Part shown: positions 50,651-64,000 of the stretch, one piece after another
Layout: every line of letters starts with the position of its first letter
Numbering within the stretch: position 1 is the first letter of the stretch
Notes under the pieces: model-generated
Told to the model about the DNA's origin: nothing
The model's input: only the letters and a program-made list of their open reading frames with translations
Database searches by the model: none
Position numbers and translations under genes: made by a program
NCBI RefSeq assembly: GCF_009914755.1
Contig: NC_060933.1
Source: the human T2T-CHM13v2.0 reference genome, Homo sapiens
Strand: one strand, 5' to 3'
DNA: 64,000 bases

Positions 50651-52780
50651 CAAATGCTATGCTAAATATCCTTTCAACTACTACTGTGCACACTTACCTG
50701 ATTATTCATATGAGATAAACTTCTGGAAGATAAATTGTTCAGTAAAAAGTGTGACTATTTTAAGCTATGGATTTCTACTACCACAATTGGAATTTATACT
50801 CTCATCAACTAGTCTTTGAGTGATAAGAACTCAGTGCCTGGCATAATGTATAGTTTATTACACTATAAATATTGGTTAAATGAATCAATGAATGAATGAA
50901 TGAAAACCGCATACAGAAATCAAAAAAATGAGAACAAATCGGTAGCCTGACTAATACTGATATTACCATGCTTTAAATATTTGCTCATTAACAGCTAAAA
51001 ATAGAACCTTATTTTAATTCCTACTTTTTGCATTACTAATAGTGGTTATGTTCAATGGCTATGTGGTATTCTACTTTACTGAATTTGAATTGAGCAAATA
51101 TCATTTGGTCTGTTTCTGGGTTCTCTGTATTTTGTTTCAGTCATTTTGTCTATTGGGCCTTAAAACTATCATATCTAACTTATTCTTTTCATGACTACAA
51201 TACTCCAATGCATGGAAGTATCCTAATTTACTTAACTGATGTCTTTTTTATGGATAGATATATATTCCTAGTCCTTTGATATTAAAAGAAAGCTGAAATG
51301 ATCATCCTTTATATGGCCTTTACATAGATGTCTTTGCTGTCAAGTGAAGGTATATCTTTAGGATAAGATATACCTGGTATGATAATTACTGGAAAAATAG
51401 TATGTTCATTTAAAATATTGATATTTGTTGCATAAATGCCTTCCAAAGAAGTTGTAGCAATTCTCACTTTTTTTTTTTTAATCAGTGGGTAAACGTGCAT
51501 GCTTCCCTAAACTCTTACTAAAGCAACATATCCAAGCTTATCTGATGTGGAAAATGGCAAATCACTTTTTCAAATTTGTATTCCCATTTGAATTATAATA
51601 AACATCTTTTTATTAAGCTTATAAGCTACATTTCTTTCTTTCTCTTGGCAAACTGATTCAAATTTTTTGTTCTTTTTTTTATTGGGTTGTTGTTTTTTTT
51701 CCTTAATTTTAATAGCTCCTTATATCTTAAGGACATTAGTTTTAACATTTTCTGTTTATGTTATCCATGGTACTTCTCTGCAGAAGTGTTTCATTTTGAT
51801 ACAGTCCTATTTATTTACTATTTCTTTATTGTTTCTGGCCCTTGAGTCTTTATTCTAAAGGCCTTGCCACTCCACTCTCATAAAAAATTATCGCTCATAT
51901 TTTTATTTGGTACTTTTATTTAGTTACTTACTAACTTACTTTAAGTTTACATTCTTGAGCTCTCAGGAACTTATTTTGGCATGAGGAGCAAAGTCTTAAG
52001 TTTCTTTTTTCCAGAGGGCTAGCCAATGCCCTCATATAATTTTTTAAAAAATTACATCAATTCTCCAGTGATTTGGAATACACTTTTATCATATAGCAAA
52101 TTCACATATGCATTTGGCTCTATTTTTGAATTGTATTTTGTTCCATTCATCTGTCTGTCTACTCTAGCAACAGTACCAACCATTTAAAATTAGTTTTGAG
52201 AATACATTTTAATACTAGAGGTACCAATCCTCTTTAATTACTCTTCTTTCTTTTTTAAAATACTTTTTTGGGTATTCTCACATATGTATCTTTGATACAC
52301 ACTTTGGAATCAATTTATCTACTTTTGCAAAGAGTACATTAAATTTATAGATTTTGAGACAACAGTTTTACACTTTGAGTTTTCATATTTAGAACTACGC
52401 ATGTCTCTCCAATTATTCAAATTTATTTTATGTCTTATGTAAAGTTTTAAGCTTTCCTTCACTCAAATTTTATAAGTTCTTGTTAATTTTATTTCTAAGT
52501 ATTTTATTTTAAAAGTTATATGTAAGATTCACGATTCCATTACATTTTCTGAATAACGTGTACTTACAAGAATGCTCTATCATTTAAAAATCAATTCTCT
52601 TACCAGATACCTTACAGAATTCTCATTATGTCATCTGTAAAGAAGTAATTTGTCTTTACATTTCCAATTTTATGTCTGACTTTTATACTTAGGGAAAAAA
52701 GGTGCTCCCAACTTAAATAAATATATGGAACTAAAACAGACTTTCCTGTATGTATAATATGTATTATGTATTTGTATAAT
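50651..52780 (-). mobile_element. Decayed L1ME fragments with a short L2 3' end (about 50810-50905)
   Basis: Antisense L1 motifs such as aaatgccttccaaagaagttgtagcaatt and ttttgttccattcatctgtctgtctact...agtacca; gtgcctggcata...aatgaatgaatga. Confidence 0.65.
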
Positions 52781-52798
52781 ACATAATACATTGCCTCT

Positions 52799-53075
52799 CT
52801 TTTAAGTTGTGGCAAAATACACATAACATAAAATTTAACATCCTAACCATTATTTAGTGTACAGTTCAGTGGAATTAAGTACATTCACATCGTTGTGCTA
52901 CCATCACCACCATCCACTCTTTCCATCTTGTTAAACTAAAACTCTACTCATTAAAAAATAACTCCCCATTCTTCCCTCTCCCCAGTTGTCAACCACCATT
53001 GTTTCTATGAATCTGACTACCCTAGGTACTTGCACATAAGCAGAATCATACAATATTTGTTCATTTGTGATGGGC
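52799..53075 (-). mobile_element. L1MA/MB 3'-end insertion with TSD
   Basis: ttgtggcaaaatacacataacataaaatttaacatc...gtgtacagttcagtgg; TSD taatacattgcctct (52784-52798) / taatatattgtctct (53076-53090). Confidence 0.9.
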
Positions 53076-54499
53076 TAATATATTGTCTCTTAATAGAATA
53101 CAGAGATATTGGGGAAAAAGCATTCTACAATTCATGTTAACATTCACTATTTCTTAATTTTTCAACATGATCAACTGCTCATTGTTTCAGAAGTTAAATA
53201 ATTTTTATTTTATAACCAAAACAAAGTCACCACTATATTATTCCACTCCTTGTTAAATTTATATGAATTTATCATTCCAAGTTCAATTGCTTATAGTTCC
53301 TTTACATCTGATAGACCTTTTCACATATGTGTATCATACAGAGTTGTCCTGAATGTGCTGTTTTAGACCTGAAGGTCAATTAGAAATAATCTTCTCTAAT
53401 CCTCTTTTTCTTTTTAAGACAGAAATGCTGATTTCCCAAAACAGGACCAAACTTATAAAGAGGAAACGGAATCCCACCCAGCCCTAATGAACTATATTTC
53501 AAGGGCATTGAGAGAAGTGGAGAATATGAAATCAAAATCATTGTCAACTTTTTTTGTTTTTTTGATAAATCATACAAACAGTTAACACTCTAGAACACTG
53601 GGCAAAGCATATACCCCCATAACAAAAAAAAAAAAAAAAGAAAAAAGAGGAAAAAGATAACTTTGTGGGCAATTGTGTTATAAATTTAAGGCCAATCTTG
53701 ATCACCTTCTTGTGAATATTTTAAAAAGTTGTGAAAACTTGAAGGCATCCTATGTTCACCCAAACATGTCATGTCAACTAAATTCAGTTATTTAATTACA
53801 TTTTAACTATGTTCAAGTTCAATGGGGAAAACTAACAAGCACGGAACTGTTAACATATTTATAATATATATAGTAATATAACAATTTCCCTCTCAATCTT
53901 TTTAGAATGCATGCATATATTACACATAACTGTAATCAGATTTTATACAGTTTTATTTCCTACCCTTTCAACTTGATGTCAATTAAAACACATTCTCACT
54001 TCTCTACATAAATCGTATCTCTTATGCTGAGGGGTCTGTGTTACTCAGAGGGAGGATCTATTGAATGGGCAGAAGAGGTATATAGAACTCAAATGAATTA
54101 CATGCGTAAATTCAGGCCAAATTACCCAAGTCTCCTTGGCCTGTGGAGAAAGAAGCCAAGCAGGGAGAAAAGCCACGAGGTGGGGATGCTTGGCTGGTCC
54201 CTGGCCTCAGGATTGAGGCCACAAGTACAGTGGAAGCTCAACTTAGTGGAGTTCAAGTCTCCAGGAAGGTAGAAACTGCATATATCTCATTTCTGGTCTG
54301 GTTATGTTAATTGATGTATGATAATAAAAACTGTATGCAATCTGGTAAACAGTATCAGAGGTACAGCCACAACTTGGTAGAGGTCTGAGGAGAACTTTGG
54401 AAGGATTGTACACTGAAAGCTCCCAAGGCTGGGATCCCAAGCTCCTAAAACAGGGTCCAGTACCTACAGGGCTCACTGTAGACATCTGTTAAATGAACA

Positions 54500-54720
54500 A
54501 CTTCTAGTACTAGACTGATAGGAGGAGGAGGCCAAAGACATTGTATGCCTTAATTTTGATAAACAGCATATAAAGCTGTGATTATATCCTGTGGATAAAA
54601 TGCACAGCTTGAGTAATAGTTCTATTACATGTATTTTTACCTGGTTGACAACTGTGTGTGAATAATTCAAGGTACATGCCATAGGGCACTTTTCCTTGGC
54701 TTTGTCTGCTTTAGTATTTT
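54500..54720 (+). mobile_element. CR1/L3 LINE RT fragment
   Basis: gacattgtatgccttaattttgataaa...cctgtggataaaatg...acctggttgacaac resembles the decayed D-x-x-Y-L-D-F-x-K...W-L RT segment. Confidence 0.45.
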
Positions 54721-55479
54721 CAATGACAATTTGAGATTGTAGTTCTTCAGATTGATTCCTTGATGGACCCCCAGTGTTTGACTTGGTATTTTGCTCATAT
54801 TATTATTTAAACATAGGCACACACAAGATTATAAATACTGCTTATGGCTTTTATACAATTACAAATCTAAAATATAAAAATAAAATGAAAATCTTATAAG
54901 AGTCCAATTAACAACATTAATGTGACAGGTGATGTTCTTTGGTTGACGTGAAATCACTGGTTTAACACGTGTCATCCTGACCTCCATGGGGCAGTTGCTT
55001 TTGAGCCCCTTGTGTTTATACTGTGAAGGGCCTGGTGACATCTGTGCAGTTATCATTCCATAGTCTGACACTGTTTTCTTGGCCTTAGCCTAGTACAAAC
55101 ACATCAGCTATATACTAGGTTGCCTAGTTTTCTTTTCTCATTGGCCTGTGCCATTTTGGTGAGCAGTTTGCATGCTATTGCAAACAAATGCACCAAGATG
55201 TCAGGTCAGTCCCAAGATGTCTAGAATGTTCAACTTTTTATATCAACTTTAAAAGAAAAACTGAAAATTTTGAATTCTTGCAGAGAACTCATTGAATAAA
55301 TAATGGCTGAGCACTCACTAGGCACGGGGCAGTTGCCAGATGTGGCAGATCCAGCGTTGAACGAGACAGAGCCCATCCCTGCCTGCAGGAAGAACCTAAG
55401 GATGACTACTTGAATTTGCAGAGAACACCAGACTAGGAAGGAGATTTAATAAATGGAAATAGGATCTGGATTATCAAGG

Positions 55480-55770
55480 ATTTTTTTGGCTTTTTTGTTC
55501 GTTTGTTTGAGACAGGGTCTTGCTGGAGTGCAGTTGCACAATCACAGCTCACTGCAGCTTCAACCTCCTGGGCTCAAGCAATTCTCCCCACTCAGCCTCC
55601 CTAGTAGCTGAGACTACAGACATGCCCCAGGCTAGTGTTTTGGCATTTTTTTGTAGAGATGGGGTTTCACCACATTTCCCAGGCTGGTCTCGAACTCCTG
55701 AGCTCAAGCCATCCACCTGCCTTGGCCTTCTAAAGTGCTGGGACTACAGGTGTGAGCCACTGGGCCCTGC
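55480..55770 (-). mobile_element. AluJ
   Basis: gagacagggtcttg...cacagctcactgcagcttcaacctcctgggctcaagcaattctccc. Confidence 0.95.
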
Positions 55771-57114
55771 CATAAAGGATCTTTATACTTGTACCTTCAT
55801 TATAATACTTTGAAATTACTAAATCACTACATAAAACATAATTGTGAGTGAATCAGAAGGCTATACTCTAAAAACCGAAAACTTCCCCTCTCTGGATACA
55901 CAGCCCCTAGTCTCACTCCCCAGTGGTCACACCTGTGCTAAATTGAACCTTCCAGACCTTTCCATGAGACTGAAAAACTAATTCTGAAAAAGTTCACTCA
56001 GTGAGCACAATTCCTTAGTTAACCTTTAGCCTTTTCCTCATCCAGTGGCATTTTCTAAAAGATGTCCTTCTTATGTGAGAGAATCCTCCTAGTTTGAAGC
56101 TAAAAGGGGTCACAGAGACTGGACTTGGGAAAAGGTTTCACTTTTGAAGATGCATTACCTTGTTCTGAGTGCTGTGAAAAGGATTAACGATATTGTATGT
56201 ACAACACCTGGCACACAGTAGGCACTTAACAAATAGCAAGTGTTAATTATTACAATTTAACATGATGTGTGTTCTTGAATGATTACTGGCTTTTCCAGCA
56301 TACTGTGTTTTGTTTATGAAGTGATGGCAGTTCTTTTTTTGACAATCTTTAAGAAAATAATTGTCCTTTAATGTGGCTGCCCACTGGGGATTATAGCTTT
56401 TCATAACCTTTGGAAAAGCCACATCTCAGTCACCCTTCCAGTGAGCATAATAACCCCCTTGTCTTCATGGAGGAGATGTCAGAGGAGAGGTGGAGGTTTG
56501 GTCATTTGAAGTGAGACAGGGTGTTAGTATCAGGACCATATTTCTTTTCCAGCTCTAAAATCTAATTTCCTCCAAAACTGAGTTTAACAGTTCTGCATTT
56601 ACAGCTCAAGTTCCTGGCGTCCTACCCCCTCGCCTGTGATACATCACTTAGGTCATGCTTGGAAAGTGCTTTGAAGGAAATGGGCCCAGAAGTGCTAAGC
56701 AGAATTACATGATGCGAGCGGACAGTGGGGAGCCATAAGAACAGATAAAATCTTCTGTCTCTGCTAGGTTTCATTTTCTCTGGTAGGTTTTATGGAAACT
56801 TCTCTGGTAGATTTCATGTTACACTGGAAATAAAGCAGGAAGTCACATTTTTATGAGTAATATGTATGTTGAATGTTGAAAAGAATAACAAAGGAGTGGA
56901 ATGGAATACTTGCACTCAGTTGGGAATAATAAAAACAGTTAGAAATTCAGAGTCAGCCACTTTCCACTATGCAATATTTTAAATAACAACAAAAAAATGA
57001 ATTTAGGAGAAGGTAAACCATGGAGGAAAGATTTGGGGAAAATTTCTTAATCGGAGAAAGTGGTTCTGGAGAATTTACAAGGTTCTTGGTCTATGGAGAA
57101 AGTTTACTTAAGAA

Positions 57115-57480
57115 AATTCATTCACCCATTCATTGATTTCTTTGTTTATTTACTAAGTAAACTTTTACTAAATACCTTCAGAGGTCCAAGCAGTGTACTA
57201 GGCACTTGTATAGAGAGCACTGATTCATGCTATAGTGGAAGCAGGATAAGTGGTGTCCCTGCAGAACATGGAGAAGGAAATCTTCTGGGAAAGTCAGGGA
57301 AAGTGTCCCTCCAGGAAGTGATAACTGAATTGTCCAAAGGGGTGAACAAGTGTTTTCCAGGAAGATATGGGGAGGGAGTCCCTGGCAGTGGAACAGCATC
57401 TGCAAAAGCACAGAGAAAGACATGGCAGAGTGAGGGAATGACTACAGAGTGTGATATCCTGGGACATGGGGTGTGCCCAG
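57115..57480 (-). mobile_element. L2 fragment (source of the 168-aa ORF at 57060-57566)
   Basis: ttcattcacccattcattg...gtcagggaaagtgtccctccaggaagtgataactga...cctggcagtggaacagcatctgcaaaagcacagag. Confidence 0.85.
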
Positions 57481-57898
57481 TTGGGTCTAGAAGTGAGACC
57501 AGAGAGAATAGTAACAGTATTTTGTTACTGTGTCCATTGGTACCACACCCAGTATACCATTTCTAAGATTCAAGAGTGGTACAGCACAGAGGAAGGTATG
57601 GGCTCTGCAGTTAGACTTCCTGAGCTCAACTCCTCAGTCCCGTAAACACTAGTTCTGTGACCCTGTGCAAGCTGCTGGCATTTCCTCCTCTGTAAAATGA
57701 GAGTACCCACAGTTTAATCTCTAGGGCTGTTGTGTAGACATAGCAGGCTGTTTGCTCCTGTTCTGTGACTGCTCTGTGTCCTTTGCAAGATCAAAACAGA
57801 TATAATTTAGACATGTTTGTGCATAATCTTCCATAGGGTCATTATCATCATCACCAACATTGTCATCATCCCACAATACATTGATAGAAGAGGCTACA

Positions 57899-58212
<314 letters not shown>

Positions 58213-58509
58213 ATGAAGGGCTGTTTTTGTAAGTGCCTTCCAGCTGTGTGTAAGTAGAAATGAACTAGTCAGAAGGAAGACCCCAGGCCATGTAGCTCAA
58301 GAAGAGATGCAATACCTTGACGTAGGAAATAAACGGATTTGATGATTTTTAAAATAAAGTAAGTGGGGTTGACATCTGAGGAAAAGTGTTTTCTCTTCCT
58401 TCCAAATGCTAGAGTGCTGTACTTAGTATTTTGTTTCTGAGTGCATTCTCCTAACCTCATCTTCACTCCCCTCAAATTGAAAAATCGTATGAGGAGATAG
58501 AGTCAGGAG

Positions 58510-59125
58510 ACGAATCCCAACAACATAAATAAAACAGATGGATTACATGACCTGTGAATATATTGAGAGAATATTTTAACTTCTGGCAACCAGCTTAGGA
58601 CTGAATCACTGATTGGTATATAGAAAAGTAAACAATTCAAAGATCATGGCAATTATTAACGCATGGGAAAATAAAAAGTTGTTCAAGGATGGAAACGTTG
58701 TCTTGATATATAACATGGCTCAGTTGTGAAAAATATTCACCTAGTTATATTAATGCAGAATTTGAATGTTTCTATCAAAACTTACTCTATAATTATAGTG
58801 CAAGGATGTAGCAGGGAAAATGTATGTGTGTGAGTCAGATGGGCAGGAGAGGACAAAATACGTGTAAATGCTAAATCTGAGAACTCAAAAGAGGACATTT
58901 GAACATGTTATTTAGAAATATGAAGGCAAACACCAAAAGAAAATAAAAAAAAGAAAAAAGAAAAGAAAAACAATGAAAAGAGTTGAAAATGGTTACTTCT
59001 AAAAGGGGCAGAAACAGAGGTTACTGTTTTTCACAGAAAACCTTCAAAGGTACAATTTTTTTCACCATAAAAACTATGCACACGTATGAATTTGATAGAA
59101 ATAAACATGAAATATTTCAAAAAGC
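58510..59125 (+). mobile_element. L1MC/ME 3' region fragment
   Basis: A-rich; ttgaaaatggttacttctaaaagggg...actatgcacacgtatgaatttgata. Confidence 0.55.
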
Positions 59126-59139
59126 ATGAAGAGAACAGT

Positions 59140-60140
59140 GTTCAGTTTGAAGTGTTTGAATCAAGGGCCGCATGGAAGGGAGTATCAAGGCATTAAACCA
59201 GTAAATTTTGGTTGAGCCCATTGTGTAGGGCTTCAGAGGCCAAGGAAAAGATGCACATTTTTAAGCAGGGGAGTCACAAGATCAGATTGTACTCTGGAAA
59301 AATTGGTATATAAGTTCACCCTGCAGGAATTAGGAAAAGTTTAAAAACAGAGAGGTGAGTGTGCAAACTTTTGCAAATAGTTCTGGCAAGCAATAATGTC
59401 TTGCAGAACCAAAGCAGTGGATATGGGCATTGAGATAACAAAACAAAACAAAACATAGATCTGACCGATACGTGTGAGGTGGGCTTGTCTTGTCTATTTG
59501 AGGAGTGAGGAGAGCAAAGTGAAGCCAGGTTCCTGGCTTAGCAGACTGGGAGGATGGGGGCGCCAATACTCAAAATGGAACTTCACAAAGAGAAGCAGGT
59601 TCTTAGAGGCGAGGCCAGGAAGGAAAAAATGGTGAGTCTGTTTCTATACATATGACAGGCATCTGAGGGACATCCAGAGAAAGAGCTAGTAAATGCCTAC
59701 CAGGAGAGCAGGATGGAGAAAGGGCTGTTACCTAACAACCTGGGAGTCCCTGGTTATATGTGGTGATGGGTCAGGAGGCCATCACAATGCCCAGGTGAAT
59801 TGTATGGGGTGAATCAGAGCAAATCTTGGCCTGGAGAATTAACATTTTAAAGAAATAATCAGTAGGACAAAGGTCAAAAAAGAGTGAAATGTCAGCAGAG
59901 AAATAGGAGAACTAGGAGAGTGTTGTCACCAAAGCCACGGCAGATGAAAAAAGGAGGGTGTGAATGGGTCCAAAGCCCTCAAGAGAAGTCAAAGATGGAC
60001 AAGGAGGACATCAGTGACCTTAACAAGGTATTTGTAGAGATGGAAGGTGGGCCTGATTGAATTGGTTGAGTGAACAAAAGTTGATTAAGTAGATACACAA
60101 AGCATGGCAGTGCCTTCAATCCATTTGGTGGAAAAGAGAA
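59140..60140 (-). mobile_element. L2 body fragment
   Basis: ttttaagcaggggagtcacaagatcagatt...ccaggttcctggcttagcagactgggaggatg...agagtgttgtcaccaaagcca. Confidence 0.8.
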
Positions 60141-60159
60141 GAAAGAAAATAAAGCACGT

Positions 60160-60680
60160 AGTGAAAATCCATTTATTTTTGCTGTCCAGTGCCCCTCCCT
60201 TCCTTCTGGCTACAGCAAGCCTGCCTTCTTTTGAAGAACTGCTCTACCCTCCACTCTTAGCACAGGGGTCTGAAAATGTTGCAATCATGGTACCCATCAC
60301 AGGGTAGTGTGTGGCCCCAGAAAGTTTGATTGGAGTCATCCCCGAGGATGATTCCATTGGAAATAAAAGTTGGTCATTCCTCTCTGGTGGCAATGCTGAA
60401 GAGATATGACCCTGGGAGACACCCACAACCATGTTTCCAGATTGGTGGAGAAACAGTCCGGGTGAATGAAGCCACACAGAGAAAAGCAGAGATGTATAAC
60501 ACAAAGACAGGGCATCCTCTGGAGCCCCTCAGGGGCCTGAGCCTCGGCTGTCTTTCCTGAAGTCTGGCTGCTTGTTTGGCTTTCACTTCAGCTGTCTGAG
60601 CCACCCTGGGACCCATCCTACCGATTCCTCTTGCTTCTTAAATTCATTCAGGTTGCTTTTTCTGTCACTTGCTACCAAAA
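60160..60680 (+). mobile_element. MLT1 (K/L-like) solo LTR
   Basis: cccttccttctggctacagc...gaatgaagccacacagag...cttaaattcattcaggttgctttttctgtcacttgctacc. Confidence 0.7.
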
Positions 60681-60740
60681 TAAATAAAATAAAATAAAGC
60701 CTTATAGAAAATGGTAACTTGCAGGAAAGGCAGGTTGGGA

Positions 60741-60752
60741 AGATAGATAGAT

Positions 60753-60800
<48 letters not shown>
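60741..60800. repeat. (GATA)n tetranucleotide STR
   Basis: About 14 AGAT units with one interruption. Confidence 0.97.
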
Positions 60801-61089
60801 AGAGAGAAAGAGAGAGATGATAGCTCAATCAATAGCTAGACAATGGATATATACTATTATATGAAGATATTTATATCTGTCTCTCTATATGTTTAGGTAG
60901 CTATAGATGTATTTAGGGAAGTAGCATTGTTTGAAAGCAGAGGCAAATGACTCAGAAAACGGAAAGGCTGATCATATAAGGAAAGAGGATGGATGATGGA
61001 GCTTCCAGGGAAAGTGGGATGAGATGGGATTGCAAGCTCAGGTGGAGGGGGTAGTCCCTCTAAGACAGAAAGCAAGAACAGAAGCAGTT

Positions 61090-61453
61090 TAATATGGTTT
61101 GGCTGTGTCCCCACCCAAATCTCATCTTGAACTGTAGTTCCCATAATCCCCATGTGTCATGGGAGGGACCTGGTGGGAGGTAATTGAATCATCTGGGCAG
61201 TTACCTCCATGCTGTTCTCATGATAGTGAGTTCTCATGAGGTTTTATAAGGTGCTGTTTCCTTGCTTCTCTCTGCACTTCTCCTTGCTGCCACCATGTGA
61301 AGAAGGACATGTTTGCTTCCCCTCCTGCCATAATTGTAAGTTTCCTAAGGCCTCCCCAGCCCTGTGGAACTGTGAGTCAATTAAACCTCTTTCCTTTATA
61401 AAGTACCCAGTCTCAGGTATGTCCTTATAGCAGTGTAAGAACAGACTAATACA
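61090..61453 (+). mobile_element. THE1 (C/D-like) solo LTR
   Basis: atatggtttggctgtgtccccacccaaatctcatcttgaactgtagttcccataatcccc...gaacagactaataca. Confidence 0.95.
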
Positions 61454-61799
61454 AACATAAATTTAGTGGAGGAAAAAACTTGAAGAAATTCAGCCCCATG
61501 CTACATTTTCTGCAAGGTCATTTCTGAAAAGTAGGGGATGGTTTTAAGGTAAGTGAGTCTGAGGAGAGTAGAAATCACTTCAGACCACTGCCCTAAGCCA
61601 TGAGAATGGGAGCTGGCTAGGAACAGGAATTCAAGTCTCAGTTTCCTCATCTTTAAATACCATACCATGGCACAGTGCAGCAATGTGTGTGAAAGTTATC
61701 ATCTGCAAAATTGTGTGCAAGCTGTTATTATGTATAGGGTCTATTCATTTTAAACAAGAAGATAAGGGCATTTACATAACCAATTCTTGTTTATCTGAA

Positions 61800-62300
61800 G
61801 CAAGTTGGCAATTTTTTTTCTGTAAAGAACTACATCATAAATTTTAGACTTTGCAGCCCATATGAACTCTGCCATTGTAGCACCTTAAAAAGAAAGGAAA
61901 TCCTGGCACATGCTACAGCATGGGTGTAATTTTGAGGACATTATATTAAGTGAAATAAGCCAGCCACAGAAAGACAAATGATGCATGATTCAATGTATAG
62001 GAATACCTCGAGTAGTCAAAATCATAGAAACAGAAAGTAGAGCGGCAGTTGCCAGGGGCTGGTGGGGAAGAAGATGAGTTATTTTTTTAATGAGTGTAGA
62101 GTTTCAGTTTTGCAAGATGAAAAGAGTTCTGGAGGTTGGTTGTACACCAATGTGAATATACTTAACACTATTGAACTATACACTTTAAAATGGTTGAAAT
62201 GATACATTTATGGTATGTGCATTTCAACACAATTTAAAGCAAAACAAAACAAAATAGGCCACTGGCCAAACTTGGCCCTCAGTCTAGTTTACCAACCTCT
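61800..62300. mobile_element. MER58-type hAT MITE interrupted by a + strand L1MB 3' end (about 61883-62255)
   Basis: gttggcaattttttttctgtaaag...ctctgccattgtagca [L1: ccttaaaaagaaaggaaatcctg...caacacaattt] ggccaaacttggccctcagtctagtttaccaacctct. Confidence 0.85.
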
Positions 62301-62491
62301 AATTGAGAGATTCAGGAGATAATGACTATTGAAAAGCAAAAATAACAATTTCACCCATTCTAACTGCCTGTGAGTGCTTTAAGGGCAGGGCAATACTTGG
62401 GCCTCCCTGCATCTCTAGGACTTAGTCTTGTGGGAGGTAAATCATGGGTGCTCAATACGTACTCACAACTTGAACCATGGTTTCTCTATAA

Positions 62492-62705
62492 CACAGGTGT
62501 CCAATCTTTTGGCCTCTCTGGGCTACACTGAAAGAAGAAAAATTGTCTTGGGCCACACATAAACACACTAGCACTAACAACAGCTGATGAGCTGAAACAA
62601 AAAAACCTCATAACATGTTAAGAAAGCTTATGAATTTGTACTGGGCCGCATTCAAAGCCATCCTGGGCCGCATGTGATCCACAGGCCACGGGTTGGACAA
62701 GCTTG
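62492..62705 (+). mobile_element. MER30 hAT-Charlie MITE
   Basis: ggtgtccaatcttttggc...gaattt...gggccgcattcaaagccatcctgggccgcatg...gggttggacaagcttg; 8-bp TSD ctctataa/ctctacag. Confidence 0.92.
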
Positions 62706-64000
62706 CTCTACAGCAAACTCCTAGAGAAGGTTGAGCGTGGAGCAAAACAAATGTGAGGATGAGAAGGAAAGGAGTAATAAACATTATTTTCCTCAAAAGA
62801 AAACTATGTGCAATAGCACCAAGGCTCTCCCCAAAATAAAGGTTCCAATACCTTAAAAGTATCCTAAGTCCTGGGACCACTTAAGGATCCTCTGAAAAGC
62901 CATTGTGTGTCTGTACCCTCCAGGGAACTGCTTTCTTTTCAGTGTTGTTTTTTAAGGTGTACCTAAGACAATGTTACAAAATCTCTTGATTGAGGTTGAA
63001 ACTGTCCTGCTATGCTGTAAATGCAAGATTTCTACCTTTCAAATAAAGAGAACGATGTTGTCTGTGACAGGAAGGTCCACATTATACACATTCTCCTGGG
63101 AGTGGGCTCTCTGAGGTGGGGTGGGTGAGGTGAGACAGGTGGCTCCACTGCTGGGCAGTGACTGTCCTCAGATATGGCATTGACCCCCATCCCTTTATGC
63201 CAGTTCTCCGTGAGGACCACCTAACTACACAGCAGCTTCACCCAACCCATTTCTGTAAAGGGCATCTCCCCCGAAGTCTGGAAATGGTTTTAGTGAGAAC
63301 AGAGGACAACATAAGGTCACCAAATTATCAGGGGGCATCGTAAAGGGATTTCTGGAGCCTTCAGAACCAATGCCCAGTTCATAGCTTTCCTCTCAGAAAG
63401 CCAAACCCTGGGCAGGAAGCTGGGAAACTCTCAAATCCACCTTCAAAGTCGAGACCTGCTCATATTTTATAAGGTTAAATGTTGAAAGTGAAGGTTTGAT
63501 TGTTGGCTCTGTAAAAATGGGAAAGGAAGAAAAGGGACCAAAAAATGTGGCTTTGCAGGGTAAGACTTTCATCTAAAGCAGGTACATTGTATGACTCCCA
63601 GCCGAGAAACAAAGGGAGCCTTGTGTACCTTCCCTCTGCAGGTCGTTGTAATGCTGTGATGAGAGTAAAGGGAGGCAGGGAAATGGTTTTTGTGCTCCGT
63701 GGAAAAGAAAGAGCAATTCATGAGAGCTGCAAACAGGAGGCTTGCTCCCAGGCGCACCGGCAATCCTGGCTTGACCAGTGGTCATGTTTCACAGCTAGGA
63801 AAGGAGGCCTGCCGGAGCTGGGACCTGGGGGAGGGGAGGGTTCTCCCTGCTGCTGATCAGCTATGCACAGGAGGGAGGATGCAGCCTCTCCCCGAAAGCA
63901 TAATCAGAGCAGGAGACCAGGAGGCCCCTGCCCAGGTGGGCCCGGTGCCCTGTGGGGAGGCACAGGTGATTAAAACACCGGCCCCATGGCTTCACTGCCT

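Noticed and set aside
57060-57566. 168-aa ORF
   Set aside because: Non-ATG start and overlaps an antisense L2 fragment; consistent with a chance ORF.

Overview
This is primate genomic DNA, catarrhine and probably human or ape given the AluY and AluS/J copies. It is AT-rich, has no obvious CpG island, and is mostly intronic or intergenic. Most of it is layered transposon fossils: a TSD-flanked 5'-truncated L1PB inside an old hAT element, a complete MST-family MaLR provirus, THE1 and MLT1 solo LTRs, five Alus, MIR/L2/CR1 fragments and hAT/Tigger MITEs. No ORF in the track is a convincing stand-alone gene; the recognisable ones are L1 ORF2 or MaLR remnants. The exception is a repeat-poor block at about 23-36.6 kb. 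On the minus strand it looks like the 3' end of a large spliced gene: a 31-nt candidate exon (39443-39473), two look-alike acceptors (36491 and 35203), and a 5-6 kb 3'UTR-like stretch with several AATAAA signals. I cannot name the gene. The most distinctive directly visible oddities are local repair or template-switch scars: a 30-bp templated insertion inside the L1, an inverted-repeat cluster at 9.55-9.93 kb, and an AluY cut off and fused to an old L1. I found no evidence of a new multi-gene system. Repeat subfamily names come from recall of consensus sequences, and boundaries of old repeats are approximate.
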